Below, in pieces: positions 55,201 to 64,000 of a DNA stretch of 64,000 nucleotides (positions are counted from its first letter, which is position 1; each line of letters begins with the position of its first letter). Under the pieces are notes generated by a model. That model made no database searches, was not told the origin of the DNA, and was given only the letters and a program-made list of their open reading frames with translations. This stretch comes from a virus (lineage: Duplodnaviria > Caudoviricetes): positions 32,001 through 96,000 of the IMG/VR virus record IMGVR_UViG_3300024507_000173, one strand, 5' to 3'. Both the position numbers and the translations under genes were made by a program.

Positions 55201-58200
55201 AGACTCTTAAATCCAGGAACTGTTGAATAATATAATGTAATTGTGTAATCAGAATTTAATAATAATTGATTATTTTTATAAACTGATATTTTATTTTTAT
55301 CTCTGGAAGGTGCGTAAGATAAATTAAACACCGATGTTGTTCCTGTTGCAACAAATCTTTCAGATTGTGAAAAACTAGTATACAATCCAGAAGTTGTTAA
55401 CCTATCAAATTTAACTGATACATGAAGTGATCTAATTAAACTGTTTCCAATGATTGCAACTGCTTTGGCCGATCTAGCTCCGGCTGAATTTCCTCCAACC
55501 AATGAAACAGTAGGAGCAGACAAGTATCCTTGGCCAGCATTAAGAACTACAATGCCGGATACTTTACCATTAGAAATATAAGCCTGTGCTGTTGCGCCAG
55601 TGCCAGATCCTTCAATTAATACTTTAGGTGGAGTTTTGTATAATTCTCCCGAATCGTATACTTGTATATCTGTAATCGAATATCCGTTATTATCAGACCA
55701 CCACTTCCAAGGATAAACATTTAATAAATCATTATCAAGTTTGATCGGAATAACTTTTCCATCTTTAACAGAAAACGTTGGTTCTAAATCAAAGTCTGCT
55801 ACAGATAAATCATATTTTTCAGGAGTTGTGTATTGGCTAACATACTCTCTAACAGTAGTTCTAAAAGGTTTTACTTCGTTAATATATTCTTGATAACTTG
55901 ATAAATTATCATTTTTATAGTTAGTTGGCTGACTAAATGCTCCTACGTTGTGTGTTGCATTTACAAAACTTGTTTTAAACATCCAGTCAACATATTGTTG
56001 CTCAGACAACACATATCTCATAGATGCAAAAAATAAATTGTTCCATTCGATATTAAAATCGCCAACGAAAATATCTTCTTTAACAGCTTTTAAAATATTT
56101 CTTAATTCTAAAGATGTGTTAATATCGTAATTTGTATCATCATACGCCTGCGATCTATCAAATCCAATTCCAAAGATTGAAGCGTCGTATAATGAGTCAC
56201 TTAATTTTATAGTTCCGTTTTCTCTCGAAATTAATTCAAATCTGTCTAAGAAAGTACTGCCTGTATCTGAGACCTTTTCAAATACTGCCCATCCACCTGA
56301 TCCATATTCTTTAACTCTTATCAGGTCGCCGACGGAAATTTTATAAATTACTTCGTCGTGTATGCTTAATAGTTCTTTGGTAATTCTAGATTTGTTATTG
56401 TATCCAGATTTCCACCAATCAATATAACTCCAATATCTTGTAGTATCGTATGCTTGTGATTGAGTTCTAAAGAAAGTTTTTCTTACATCGTCCCAAGAAT
56501 ATATACTCCAGAAATTGTTAATAGTAGAATCAGAGTTTACTAATACAGAGAAATAACGAACAGACGCATTAATTGTACTGTATTTTTTTCCTCTAGTTAA
56601 TACTGTTACTGTTCTAATTCTTCCTTGGTTGTCAAGAGTTACTTCTGCAGATGCACCTTTGCCATCCCCATTAATAACAACATTAGGAACTACTTTATAA
56701 CCGAAACCAGGATCTATAATATCAATAGTGTCTAATTCACCGTTTACAATATTTGCAGACAGCACAGCTTTTTTGGTTCTTATGGTACCTACATTTTGCA
56801 AATCTATTTCAGTGTCAACTTGAACATCGTATAGATTTAAGATTTCAGCAGGGGCTGAATCTTTTAAGTTTAAATTTGTAAAATCAATAATAGTTGCAAA
56901 CGGTTGTTTTAACAATACAGAATTTATTTTGTTAACAACAAGTTTTAATGCTGCATCTTTGTTAACAAACATACTTTGACGAGGTCTAAAATCTATTCCG
57001 TATTTTTGTTTTGCCGGAATGTTGATATCAGGAACTCTATTACCGATAATATCAAAACCAACTAAACTGTCTATCCATTTATTTTCAAGTTTAGGTGTTG
57101 GTAAGCTGCTAGCAATACCTTCAGTCATTAATTGATATTCTTTATGTACTGGGATTGATATACCTAATTCGTTCTTATATTTTATATTAAGCAATGCAGT
57201 ATCTGATTGAATAATAGAATCAAAATTATAGGTTATAAATTTATCAGAATCAACAAATGCTATAAACGGTAGTCCAGTTCCTACTGGGTTTGATATCAAA
57301 CTAGCTACTTCAGAGCAAGATTTTCTTCTAAAATTTAAATTAGAAGGAACTGTAGATTTATTCTTTACCCAGTAATAATAAAGAGTCTTGTTCACTTGAC
57401 CACTGATAGAATTATAAAATTGTTTTGTGCTATAGGTATCATCATTAGGATATAATGGCTGGCCGGAAATTCCAACTGCTAGGCCTTCGTTTGTATCAGC
57501 TAAAGCAGCCCACTCGCTAGGCAACAACGGAGTTTCCACCCATTCGTAAACATCAATACTTGCGCCAGTTACTAGTTGTGTCCAATTACCTTGTCTGTAG
57601 GAAATGTCTCCAATTTCAGAATACATCCATTTTGCATTACCTACATTCCACCATAGCTGTCCAACATTTTTTTCTAGCCAGTTAATAGAACTATCAACTA
57701 CTACGTCTTCAGTTCCTACAGTATAGACCGCAGGGTCGTATGGTGTTTTAAATTTAATTTCTTCTTCTGCTAAATTAAGGATTTTACCTTTAGCAGGATC
57801 TATAAAATCTATATCCTGTATTTTAACATTTTTAATATTGTCGTATAACTCAACACTATTAATTTTTCTTATGTCAACTAAAGGAGATTGTTGAGATATA
57901 ATAGTCCAAGAATCAACAGAAGAATCTTTGCTGAATAATCTTATATTACCAATGTAATCTCCTGTATTATCTTTTCTATAATAAGGAGACCCTACTAATA
58001 CTTTTGATCCAACACAATCAATACTATAACCAAAACTTTCATTTTCAACAAGTACAGATTCTAATTTTTCTGTTAAGAAAAATTCGTTGTCTTTTTTATC
58101 AAATATATAAACGCCGCCGGTGTATCCTTGGTCAACATAGAAACTAGTTCTTCCTTGATCAAAGAGTGTTCCGCTCATTGAATCAAATATTATAGGATAA

Positions 58201-61200
58201 TGCGAATAAGTGTTTTTAGAACCGATGGCTATTTTATATCCGTCCGGGCTAATAGAAACGCCGTATCCAAAGTATTCACTTGGATACATTTCATAACTTT
58301 CTAATTTTTGTTTTACTTTAAATTCAGAAATATTGGAATCAAAATTAAGAACATATACTGATCCTTGATTTTGATAATTTATGTCTGATCGTGGGCTAGA
58401 AATAATCAATGTAGTACCGGATGAGTCAACATCTACAGAATATCCAAATTGATCTCCAACATTTATTTCCATGCTCACATCTGAATAAGATGATATGTTT
58501 GCAGATGTTAGTGTCTGGATTAACTGATATAAATCATAACTAGTTTTCTTGTATACAAAAACTTTTCCTGAAGGATTAGCAGCACTATCGCCTACTTCTT
58601 GCCAATTGGCACTGGACGACGGATCTTCTCCTTGACTTCTGTAAGTAGAATCTGGGTTTCCTGACGCATCTCCTAATCGATAATAGATATCTGAATATTT
58701 GACAACTTCTCCTTCTGCATATTCTACATCGGCTCTCCACAATCCTTTGTAGTTAGAAAAATATTGACCGTCGGCATACGGAGCGCCAACAACTAATATA
58801 CTTCCGTCTCGGCTCATTGTTAAACTATAACCAAATTGTTCATCTTGTTTTATAATTTCTGTAAGTTGATCCACTGAAATTATTCCAGCTGCAACTGTTG
58901 AGCCGTCGTCTTCTATAGACACATTTGTTGGTAAAGAGCAGCTTGTAGAAACATCACTAACTTTTATCCAACCAGATGATTCTAGTGTTAATGTGCTGCC
59001 GTCACCTTGTTGTGTTTCAAGTGCCTGCCATAGGTTGCCCTTGACTTCTTCTACAATTGGATCTTGTGCAGGTTGCCATACAATATCGCCTTCACGATAA
59101 ATTGTTGAAGGATTATAAATTCCTTTATAGTGAGAATTTTCTAAATGTTCCCAGTCGGTTCCTGTGTTTTTAAACAAATAAACTCTTCCGGAACTGTTTA
59201 CTGATCCTACAGCACTAACTGCCATATAATAATTTGTACCGTCATAACTTACAGTTACATTAGATCCAAATTTTTCATTTTCAACAGGTCGAGGACTTAC
59301 AAATGCTTTTGCATTTGTGTATCTTCCATTTGAAAATTCATATATTGCAATCATTCCTTGATTGTAAAAACCAGAAACTCTTCCTGATGTTAGTACTGGA
59401 ATATTAGTTGCAATTTCCCAATCATCAGTGTTAACTGCTGCTACTGTACTTCCGTCAGTACCTAGATAGTTAGGATTCTTGGCTCTCCAGATTTGTCCGG
59501 AATAAAGCACAATATCGTTTGTTTGATATCTTACCTGAGACTCCCAAGGTCCTTGGTAATTTGTTTTTAATCCGCTGGCTTCAGGCGTTCCAATAATTAA
59601 AAATCTTCCGTCCGGTGACAACGCCATTGATTTACCAAACGATCCAACTGCATTACTATATGTGTTAACTGGAGGAGACAATATTTGTTTTATTTGTAGG
59701 CCGGTATCAGTTTCAACATAAACTACAACTATTCCCGATCCTGGAATACTTGAAATTATTTGTTTATTAATATTGTCGTACAGAACTGACGATCCGGCAA
59801 ATAGCGGATTAGTTACACCGTAGTCAGAAATTGTTTTAGGAGAATACTGTTTATTTTTTTCAACAACTTCCCAATTTCCTGTATCATTAGAATCAACAAA
59901 TAATCTAGATTTATTTTTTAATAACGCTGCTTGTTGGTTGTCTATAGATTGATAATCAGCAAATCTGCATTCAGTTATTAACTGAACTCGTGTAATTGTA
60001 CTGTAATCAATTACAGGATCTTGAATCGTTGACGATACATTAACAGTGATTGTTGCAGTAGTTTTATTAGAAACTTTATAAAAGCCTACTAAATTTAATA
60101 TGTTTCTAAAGCCCACATACTCGTCGATTTGAATAGAGTGCGGACGATTAAATGTAATAACAACTGTTGTATCCGATGGACGAGTGACGTCAGTTATTTC
60201 AAGAGTGGCAGATTCGTTAACTCTTAATACTGTCCAAGAATCTTTTTCAAACGTAACCCAAATGTGATCATTTTCTTTTATAGAATTTATATCTAAAGTT
60301 AATAAATCTTCTCTTGTCTTAATAGAATGATCAATAGTAGTCGAAGTAATATATCCTGCGGTATAAGGGCAAGATAAATCAGCAGTGGGTGATATATTAA
60401 CATTAAATGGGGTTGGTACTATTGTAAAATCAGAAGAAGTTATTCTATACTTTTGATCTGTAGTTAAAGCAGACTTAGTAGTTTCTATTAAAAATTGTTG
60501 AGGGTTAACTTCTAATTTATTTTTTTCAATTTGTATTTCAACTTCAGTAAGCTGATCAACGCCTCCGACTTTTCCTACTAAAAATGCCCATTCTTCGTTG
60601 AGAGAAATACTATCAGTTTCTGAACGACTTAATTTTCCAAATATTTTTGTAATCGAATTTGCTGTTCCTTTTTCACGAACAAATCCTTGATATATTTGAA
60701 ATTGTGTAACTGGATCTTCTGAAAGATTCTGTAGATAATTTCTAGTTTGATATCCTATTGTATGACGAGCTAAATCTCTGTGACTCTTGTCTAGGCCGTC
60801 TGACGTTACTTCAAAATAATCAGAGAACCCTTTAATTTTGTAATCGAAGTTAGGAACTAACTGTTTTTCTGGAGTTGTATCTAACTTGCTCCAATAGGCA
60901 TCATTAAATGTTTGAGAGCCCGGCTGATTAATCAAGCTAGTCCAATTGTAAGATTTATAAGAAACAATATCGCCTAACTTGTAATCAGTATATGGTACCC
61001 AAGGTTGTATATTAACATTATCAAATAAGAATCCTGGGCTGGTATAATCTCCGTCCCAATCGGTTGTTCTATATCCGTGTACTTTTATTCTTCCTTGACG
61101 GTAACCGGTTGTCTTGTCATAGATAGTATCGTTAAAAACTGTTTTATCGTCAAAAATAGTTACGTGTTCTTTCAGAACATAAAATAACTTTAGATAGTAA

Positions 61201-64000
61201 ATACCGTCAGTGGTATTTGTGGTAGTAACTGTGATATTTTGAAAATTTCTGCTAACATCAATATATTTTGGTTGCAGAGGTTTACCGTCACCTTTAAGAA
61301 CTTGATAATTGTAAAATCCTTCTAATACGCTATCAGCAACGCCAACAGGAACTGTTATGTTAACTTTTTGTGCTGCAGGGCTTAGTGAGATCAACGATCC
61401 GACTTGCCAGCTGTGCTTGGTCCAGAACATAAATTCTTTTGCAGCAGATAGCCAGTCTTGCGATACTTTATTTTCAGGATCGTAATTATCAAATATAAAT
61501 CCTACTGATTTGAGATAGGCTTCGTACCCCAATAGGAAATCAACAACCTGTTGAATAGTTGTAAATTGTGTTCCGTAACTTAGACGTTTAACTACCAGTG
61601 TGTTAAATGTTCTTCTACCGCTTGCTTCTACTGCTCCAGTTTTTGGAATTCCTGCTACTTTTTTCCATAGATCAATGTCAAATACATCTCCGCTGGTGTG
61701 AGATTTAAGTGCTCTATAAAATTCGTTGGCATATCTCACTAATATTCCATTAGAGTATAATTTATTAGCTTGCCAGTCTAAGAAATTCTCACTTGTGCCG
61801 CCAACAGATATAATAGGATCTCGTTGGTTTGGAAGTGCTTGGAAATAATTAAAATATGGTTGTATATCGTCATAGCCTTTTAACACCCACCCGCTTGAAT
61901 TTTTTTCTATAATTACTCCGCTGTAAGACAAGCTAGCAATAGGAGAACTTACATTAAAAATAATATCGTAGTTCTCTGGAGGAACATATACGCTAGATGA
62001 CGATGCTGCTGGACTCTTAGAGTCTAATAAAAATTTTTGTTGTTGCTGGTCAACAAATCCAGACATTCTATGCGATATTTGTACATCAATATTATTAATC
62101 TTATCCCATAAGGTAGTTTCATCGATACCTTTTGATTTTACATAATCGATAATATATTTTCCAAGACCAACTATATTGTCAGTTGATTGACCATAATTTT
62201 CTTTTGTAATAAATTTGCCAGTAGACGAATAAATTGTTTGTCCTAGGTTGTTTAAAGATACTCCGTCTTTGTTAAAATTATTCGAAATAAATTCAAACGG
62301 TCTCATTAATGCCATTGCTATTACAACAGCAAATGGCCATTCAGAACTTGATCTCCATGCGTATTCGACAGGAGCTATATCGCCTAATACGAACGATCCT
62401 TGATTGTTAATTAATGAAAAATCTCTAGCTAATCCAGAATCTAATGGGCTCAATAAACGACCTTCGTCGTCTACAGGAATATGAGATAGTAATGTATCCC
62501 TTGTATATCGAGCGTATCTGCCCTTTCTTGTACCTTGACGTATAATTCCGTTTGCTAAATCTTCCCAAAGAATTAAATTTCCTCTAGTATAAGGTGCAGG
62601 GCCGTATTCACTTTCCCACCAAGTTGGTTTTTCACTAAAGCCCAACATTTCCCAAGGACAACGATGTGGTCGATCAGTATCGTAGAAATATTGATACACA
62701 CCTCTCCAATACCCTGGTAAATTTTCAGACCTTGTAGGATCTGTCATATTTGTGTAGGTATATGTAAAAGAATTTTGACTGTCAAAATAAGAATTTAATG
62801 TATAATTAATATTTGTATTTTGAATCCATTTTAAAAATTCTTGAGACACTATAATGTCCAATTGAGATTTTTTATATAATCCGACACCGTAGTAACCGCC
62901 AACAATATCGTCTATATTAAAAATGTCTTCATTGTATTCTTGTTTGATATTATTATAAATTCTATATTCTAATTCTAATAATAGATCATCTCTAAAATCG
63001 CCATATGTTGCTGAAATGCTACCGTCGTGACCTTGAATAACTTCTCTTGGTTCTACATAGGTATCATCAACAAATTTCATTGGAGTATATTTTTTATACA
63101 ATCCCATTGACGTTGGAGTTGCTGGAATATAGTTCGAAGATGTAGAAACATATTCTCTAATTTCAATTACATCACCTTCGGTTAAATTAACTGATAACTG
63201 TACAAAACCAAAAGTAGAATTAAATGTGTAATCTTGAGAATTTAATAATTGGTTTCCGTTAAAATAAACGTAAACGGCTCTACTGCTAGGAGTAGATAAA
63301 TCAAATTTCGTGCTAAGAGAAAATGTTTTTATTCCTGGATCATCAACTTCATATACTATTGAAGTGAATGCTCCGCTACCAATCATATCGGACTCTGAAA
63401 ATTGATTTGTTGAATTTTTAGTTTTTGTTAAACTGTTTATAATCTCATCGACAAAATCTGGAATATTATCATTGTAATCTATTTCTAATGCTCTTGATAA
63501 GAAATTATTTTTAAATTCTGTATATGACTGCTTAGAATACTGTATTGATTTAACAATATTATGAGTTTTATCGCATAGCGACATCAACACTACTGGAGTT
63601 AAACCAGAATGTTTTAAAAATCGTTTTCCAAATTTTTGGAAATTAGATATATCACGCAAATTAGAATTTCCTGGAACTATGCCAGTAATATCAATATTAA
63701 ACTCTAATGCAGTTGTTAAATGATCAATTGCTTGGCCAAGAGTAAATGTTATTAAATTATCGTTAAATGGATTCTTTTCAAGACCTACAGGAATTTCGTA
63801 ATATCCTTGGTCTGGTTCAATGTCTGAAATTAATTTCAAAGAAACTGCATCATTTATTTCAAATGTTGTTGAGAATGTAAAAGTTCCTAGAGTTCGTGTC
63901 CAGTCTCCAAGATACTTTGTACCGTTAACATAAAAATTAATTTCGTTATCTTCTTTGAGATTTTCCCATCTTACAGTATTAAAAGTTAAAATGTTTGTAG
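52296..64000 (-). CDS. Giant virion structural protein (baseplate wedge-like), 5' end outside the window
   Basis: Frame stays open from 63839 to the window edge (TNILTFNTVRWENL...), so at least 3,900 aa. FG-GAP-like propeller repeats, W...Y..G..V.Y repeats and G.GY...P.V.I.G.G.GA.A repeats. Confidence 0.8.
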   Translation of the reverse strand, partial: TNILTFNTVRWENLKEDNEINFYVNGTKYLGDWTRTLGTFTFSTTFEINDAVSLKLISDIEPDQGYYEIPVGLEKNPFNDNLITFTLGQAIDHLTTALEFNIDITGIVPGNSNLRDISNFQKFGKRFLKHSGLTPVVLMSLCDKTHNIVKSIQYSKQSYTEFKNNFLSRALEIDYNDNIPDFVDEIINSLTKTKNSTNQFSESDMIGSGAFTSIVYEVDDPGIKTFSLSTKFDLSTPSSRAVYVYFNGNQLLNSQDYTFNSTFGFVQLSVNLTEGDVIEIREYVSTSSNYIPATPTSMGLYKKYTPMKFVDDTYVEPREVIQGHDGSISATYGDFRDDLLLELEYRIYNNIKQEYNEDIFNIDDIVGGYYGVGLYKKSQLDIIVSQEFLKWIQNTNINYTLNSYFDSQNSFTYTYTNMTDPTRSENLPGYWRGVYQYFYDTDRPHRCPWEMLGFSEKPTWWESEYGPAPYTRGNLILWEDLANGIIRQGTRKGRYARYTRDTLLSHIPVDDEGRLLSPLDSGLARDFSLINNQGSFVLGDIAPVEYAWRSSSEWPFAVVIAMALMRPFEFISNNFNKDGVSLNNLGQTIYSSTGKFITKENYGQSTDNIVGLGKYIIDYVKSKGIDETTLWDKINNIDVQISHRMSGFVDQQQQKFLLDSKSPAASSSSVYVPPENYDIIFNVSSPIASLSYSGVIIEKNSSGWVLKGYDDIQPYFNYFQALPNQRDPIISVGGTSENFLDWQANKLYSNGILVRYANEFYRALKSHTSGDVFDIDLWKKVAGIPKTGAVEASGRRTFNTLVVKRLSYGTQFTTIQQVVDFLLGYEAYLKSVGFIFDNYDPENKVSQDWLSAAKEFMFWTKHSWQVGSLISLSPAAQKVNITVPVGVADSVLEGFYNYQVLKGDGKPLQPKYIDVSRNFQNITVTTTNTTDGIYYLKLFYVLKEHVTIFDDKTVFNDTIYDKTTGYRQGRIKVHGYRTTDWDGDYTSPGFLFDNVNIQPWVPYTDYKLGDIVSYKSYNWTSLINQPGSQTFNDAYWSKLDTTPEKQLVPNFDYKIKGFSDYFEVTSDGLDKSHRDLARHTIGYQTRNYLQNLSEDPVTQFQIYQGFVREKGTANSITKIFGKLSRSETDSISLNEEWAFLVGKVGGVDQLTEVEIQIEKNKLEVNPQQFLIETTKSALTTDQKYRITSSDFTIVPTPFNVNISPTADLSCPYTAGYITSTTIDHSIKTREDLLTLDINSIKENDHIWVTFEKDSWTVLRVNESATLEITDVTRPSDTTVVITFNRPHSIQIDEYVGFRNILNLVGFYKVSNKTTATITVNVSSTIQDPVIDYSTITRVQLITECRFADYQSIDNQQAALLKNKSRLFVDSNDTGNWEVVEKNKQYSPKTISDYGVTNPLFAGSSVLYDNINKQIISSIPGSGIVVVYVETDTGLQIKQILSPPVNTYSNAVGSFGKSMALSPDGRFLIIGTPEASGLKTNYQGPWESQVRYQTNDIVLYSGQIWRAKNPNYLGTDGSTVAAVNTDDWEIATNIPVLTSGRVSGFYNQGMIAIYEFSNGRYTNAKAFVSPRPVENEKFGSNVTVSYDGTNYYMAVSAVGSVNSSGRVYLFKNTGTDWEHLENSHYKGIYNPSTIYREGDIVWQPAQDPIVEEVKGNLWQALETQQGDGSTLTLESSGWIKVSDVSTSCSLPTNVSIEDDGSTVAAGIISVDQLTEIIKQDEQFGYSLTMSRDGSILVVGAPYADGQYFSNYKGLWRADVEYAEGEVVKYSDIYYRLGDASGNPDSTYRSQGEDPSSSANWQEVGDSAANPSGKVFVYKKTSYDLYQLIQTLTSANISSYSDVSMEINVGDQFGYSVDVDSSGTTLIISSPRSDINYQNQGSVYVLNFDSNISEFKVKQKLESYEMYPSEYFGYGVSISPDGYKIAIGSKNTYSHYPIIFDSMSGTLFDQGRTSFYVDQGYTGGVYIFDKKDNEFFLTEKLESVLVENESFGYSIDCVGSKVLVGSPYYRKDNTGDYIGNIRLFSKDSSVDSWTIISQQSPLVDIRKINSVELYDNIKNVKIQDIDFIDPAKGKILNLAEEEIKFKTPYDPAVYTVGTEDVVVDSSINWLEKNVGQLWWNVGNAKWMYSEIGDISYRQGNWTQLVTGASIDVYEWVETPLLPSEWAALADTNEGLAVGISGQPLYPNDDTYSTKQFYNSISGQVNKTLYYYWVKNKSTVPSNLNFRRKSCSEVASLISNPVGTGLPFIAFVDSDKFITYNFDSIIQSDTALLNIKYKNELGISIPVHKEYQLMTEGIASSLPTPKLENKWIDSLVGFDIIGNRVPDINIPAKQKYGIDFRPRQSMFVNKDAALKLVVNKINSVLLKQPFATIIDFTNLNLKDSAPAEILNLYDVQVDTEIDLQNVGTIRTKKAVLSANIVNGELDTIDIIDPGFGYKVVPNVVINGDGKGASAEVTLDNQGRIRTVTVLTRGKKYSTINASVRYFSVLVNSDSTINNFWSIYSWDDVRKTFFRTQSQAYDTTRYWSYIDWWKSGYNNKSRITKELLSIHDEVIYKISVGDLIRVKEYGSGGWAVFEKVSDTGSTFLDRFELISRENGTIKLSDSLYDASIFGIGFDRSQAYDDTNYDINTSLELRNILKAVKEDIFVGDFNIEWNNLFFASMRYVLSEQQYVDWMFKTSFVNATHNVGAFSQPTNYKNDNLSSYQEYINEVKPFRTTVREYVSQYTTPEKYDLSVADFDLEPTFSVKDGKVIPIKLDNDLLNVYPWKWWSDNNGYSITDIQVYDSGELYKTPPKVLIEGSGTGATAQAYISNGKVSGIVVLNAGQGYLSAPTVSLVGGNSAGARSAKAVAIIGNSLIRSLHVSVKFDRLTTSGLYTSFSQSERFVATGTTSVFNLSYAPSRDKNKISVYKNNQLLLNSDYTITLYYSTVPGFKSLQGKLNFAIAPSAGDIIVVNYDKNIELFDAVNRIEQKYNPKAGMIGKDLGQLMTGIDFGGVQIQGTTFDVTGGWDALPWFTDNWDSVEANSDYYHVCDGSTTYVTLPYVPANGQIINIYIKNSVTGEIIRIDDPNYTDAWDSSVAINPNAQMPSFVGDGNTSNIEIGTYISTSAGDILIFRPIESDGSVTITDDNLLDTKVSGGTLSAIDGAYVTANGATVEEIIINGGSFISPEQVPAPEENVPGQVLDSVSIKVYNNIINGSAPLHTKLIRSTGVDTSFNIGQPVLQNSSVIVYIDKIKQVINIDYTLDLINQKVNFASSPPADSLVEILSIGLGGLGIIDYQEFIADGNTNLFLTNADYDNTSNVYVTLNGRLFDTGFKNSTGIIDTNGKTLVEFGFNPEAGDTIKIVCLSATTDIAPSDLSVININTQTVYFEGSTRTFDIDGFFEYSRGSSGNAVIVEVDGRILKGSDTIYRTYDGTNNVIVLGQDPYETPGSILPSNLKVFINDVLVEFITNYVFDGPTKELTIYPDSLNIGDIIKVENDLRREYTISGNSVTILDDVSMVSADETDNVKIDITWFNEYPTLDIVSDEKTGGRVNIQLSRIPISSSYVWVYKNGNRLMLDKDYYVSLPRGAIYLKEDTTSEDKIKTISFSKSIFKLPSAYEIHKDMLNVYHFNRFSLDDIKLASDLNYFDTTITLNDASSLADPVRNRNIPGVVWISGERIEYMTKTENVLGQLRRGTRGTPIGEKYLIDTKVADVGYNDIIPYEDTQERYDFYSDGSSLLIGPLEFIPTKSNKNRWYNSNFYITKGIYDEKIKYVTGNVIQVDDSFYTNIRPCINIKPLESNDWETYWDLITIPTNYGPCDTIEVFAEGRRLVKDPQVVWSENNGIDGFIVTEADFSVDGSSNYLRLTNPLKAGTRITLIRRTGKTWYDRSETSASSGVTLLNNNTPVAKFIAQKTTSIPE

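Noticed and set aside
351-56130. Many 60-160 aa ORFs antisense or out of frame within long genes (e.g. 7959-8432, 12487-12861, 54379-54798)
   Set aside because: They lie inside well-supported genes, lack SDs and motifs, and are expected shadows of biased codon usage.
1-64000. Active stop-codon reassignment
   Set aside because: Long genes, including the giant ORF and the polymerase, are intact in code 11 and coding density is near complete.
1-64000. tRNA genes, CRISPR array, rRNA
   Set aside because: Intergenic gaps are almost all under 90 bp, and I saw no cloverleaf or regularly spaced repeat-spacer pattern.

Overview
AT-rich, gene-dense 64 kb segment of a large T4-like/jumbo myovirus genome in the standard genetic code. 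No tRNA, rRNA or CRISPR array was seen. The + strand (1-28.9 kb) carries a DnaJ-ClpA chaperone pair, a block of probable head-packaged internal proteins (including a nucleotidyltransferase and a GH19 muramidase), an ErpA/IscA Fe-S carrier, a B-family DNA polymerase with a probable sliding clamp, and a T4-type RNase H. It also carries a 7-deazaguanine DNA-modification region: a DpdA-like transglycosylase, a DpdL/QueD-like T-fold protein, a GT-B glycosyltransferase, FolE and QueE, with no QueC in the window. The - strand (28.9-64 kb) carries a structural protein of at least 3,900 aa cut by the window end, baseplate and tail-fibre paralogues, and a tightly coupled 12.6 kb operon of about five glycosyltransferase-like genes plus four radical SAM enzymes behind a T4-like late promoter. 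The best candidates for new biology are (1) that late glycosyltransferase/radical-SAM operon, a possible virion-surface modification system, and (2) a QueC-less deazaguanine pathway with an embedded glycosyltransferase. A regulatory layer is also readable from the DNA: terminator-promoter fusions, leaderless starts, hairpins over late-gene start sites, and twin GCCRUAAA-loop hairpins in front of the polymerase gene. All protein calls are by motif recognition only; no searches were run.
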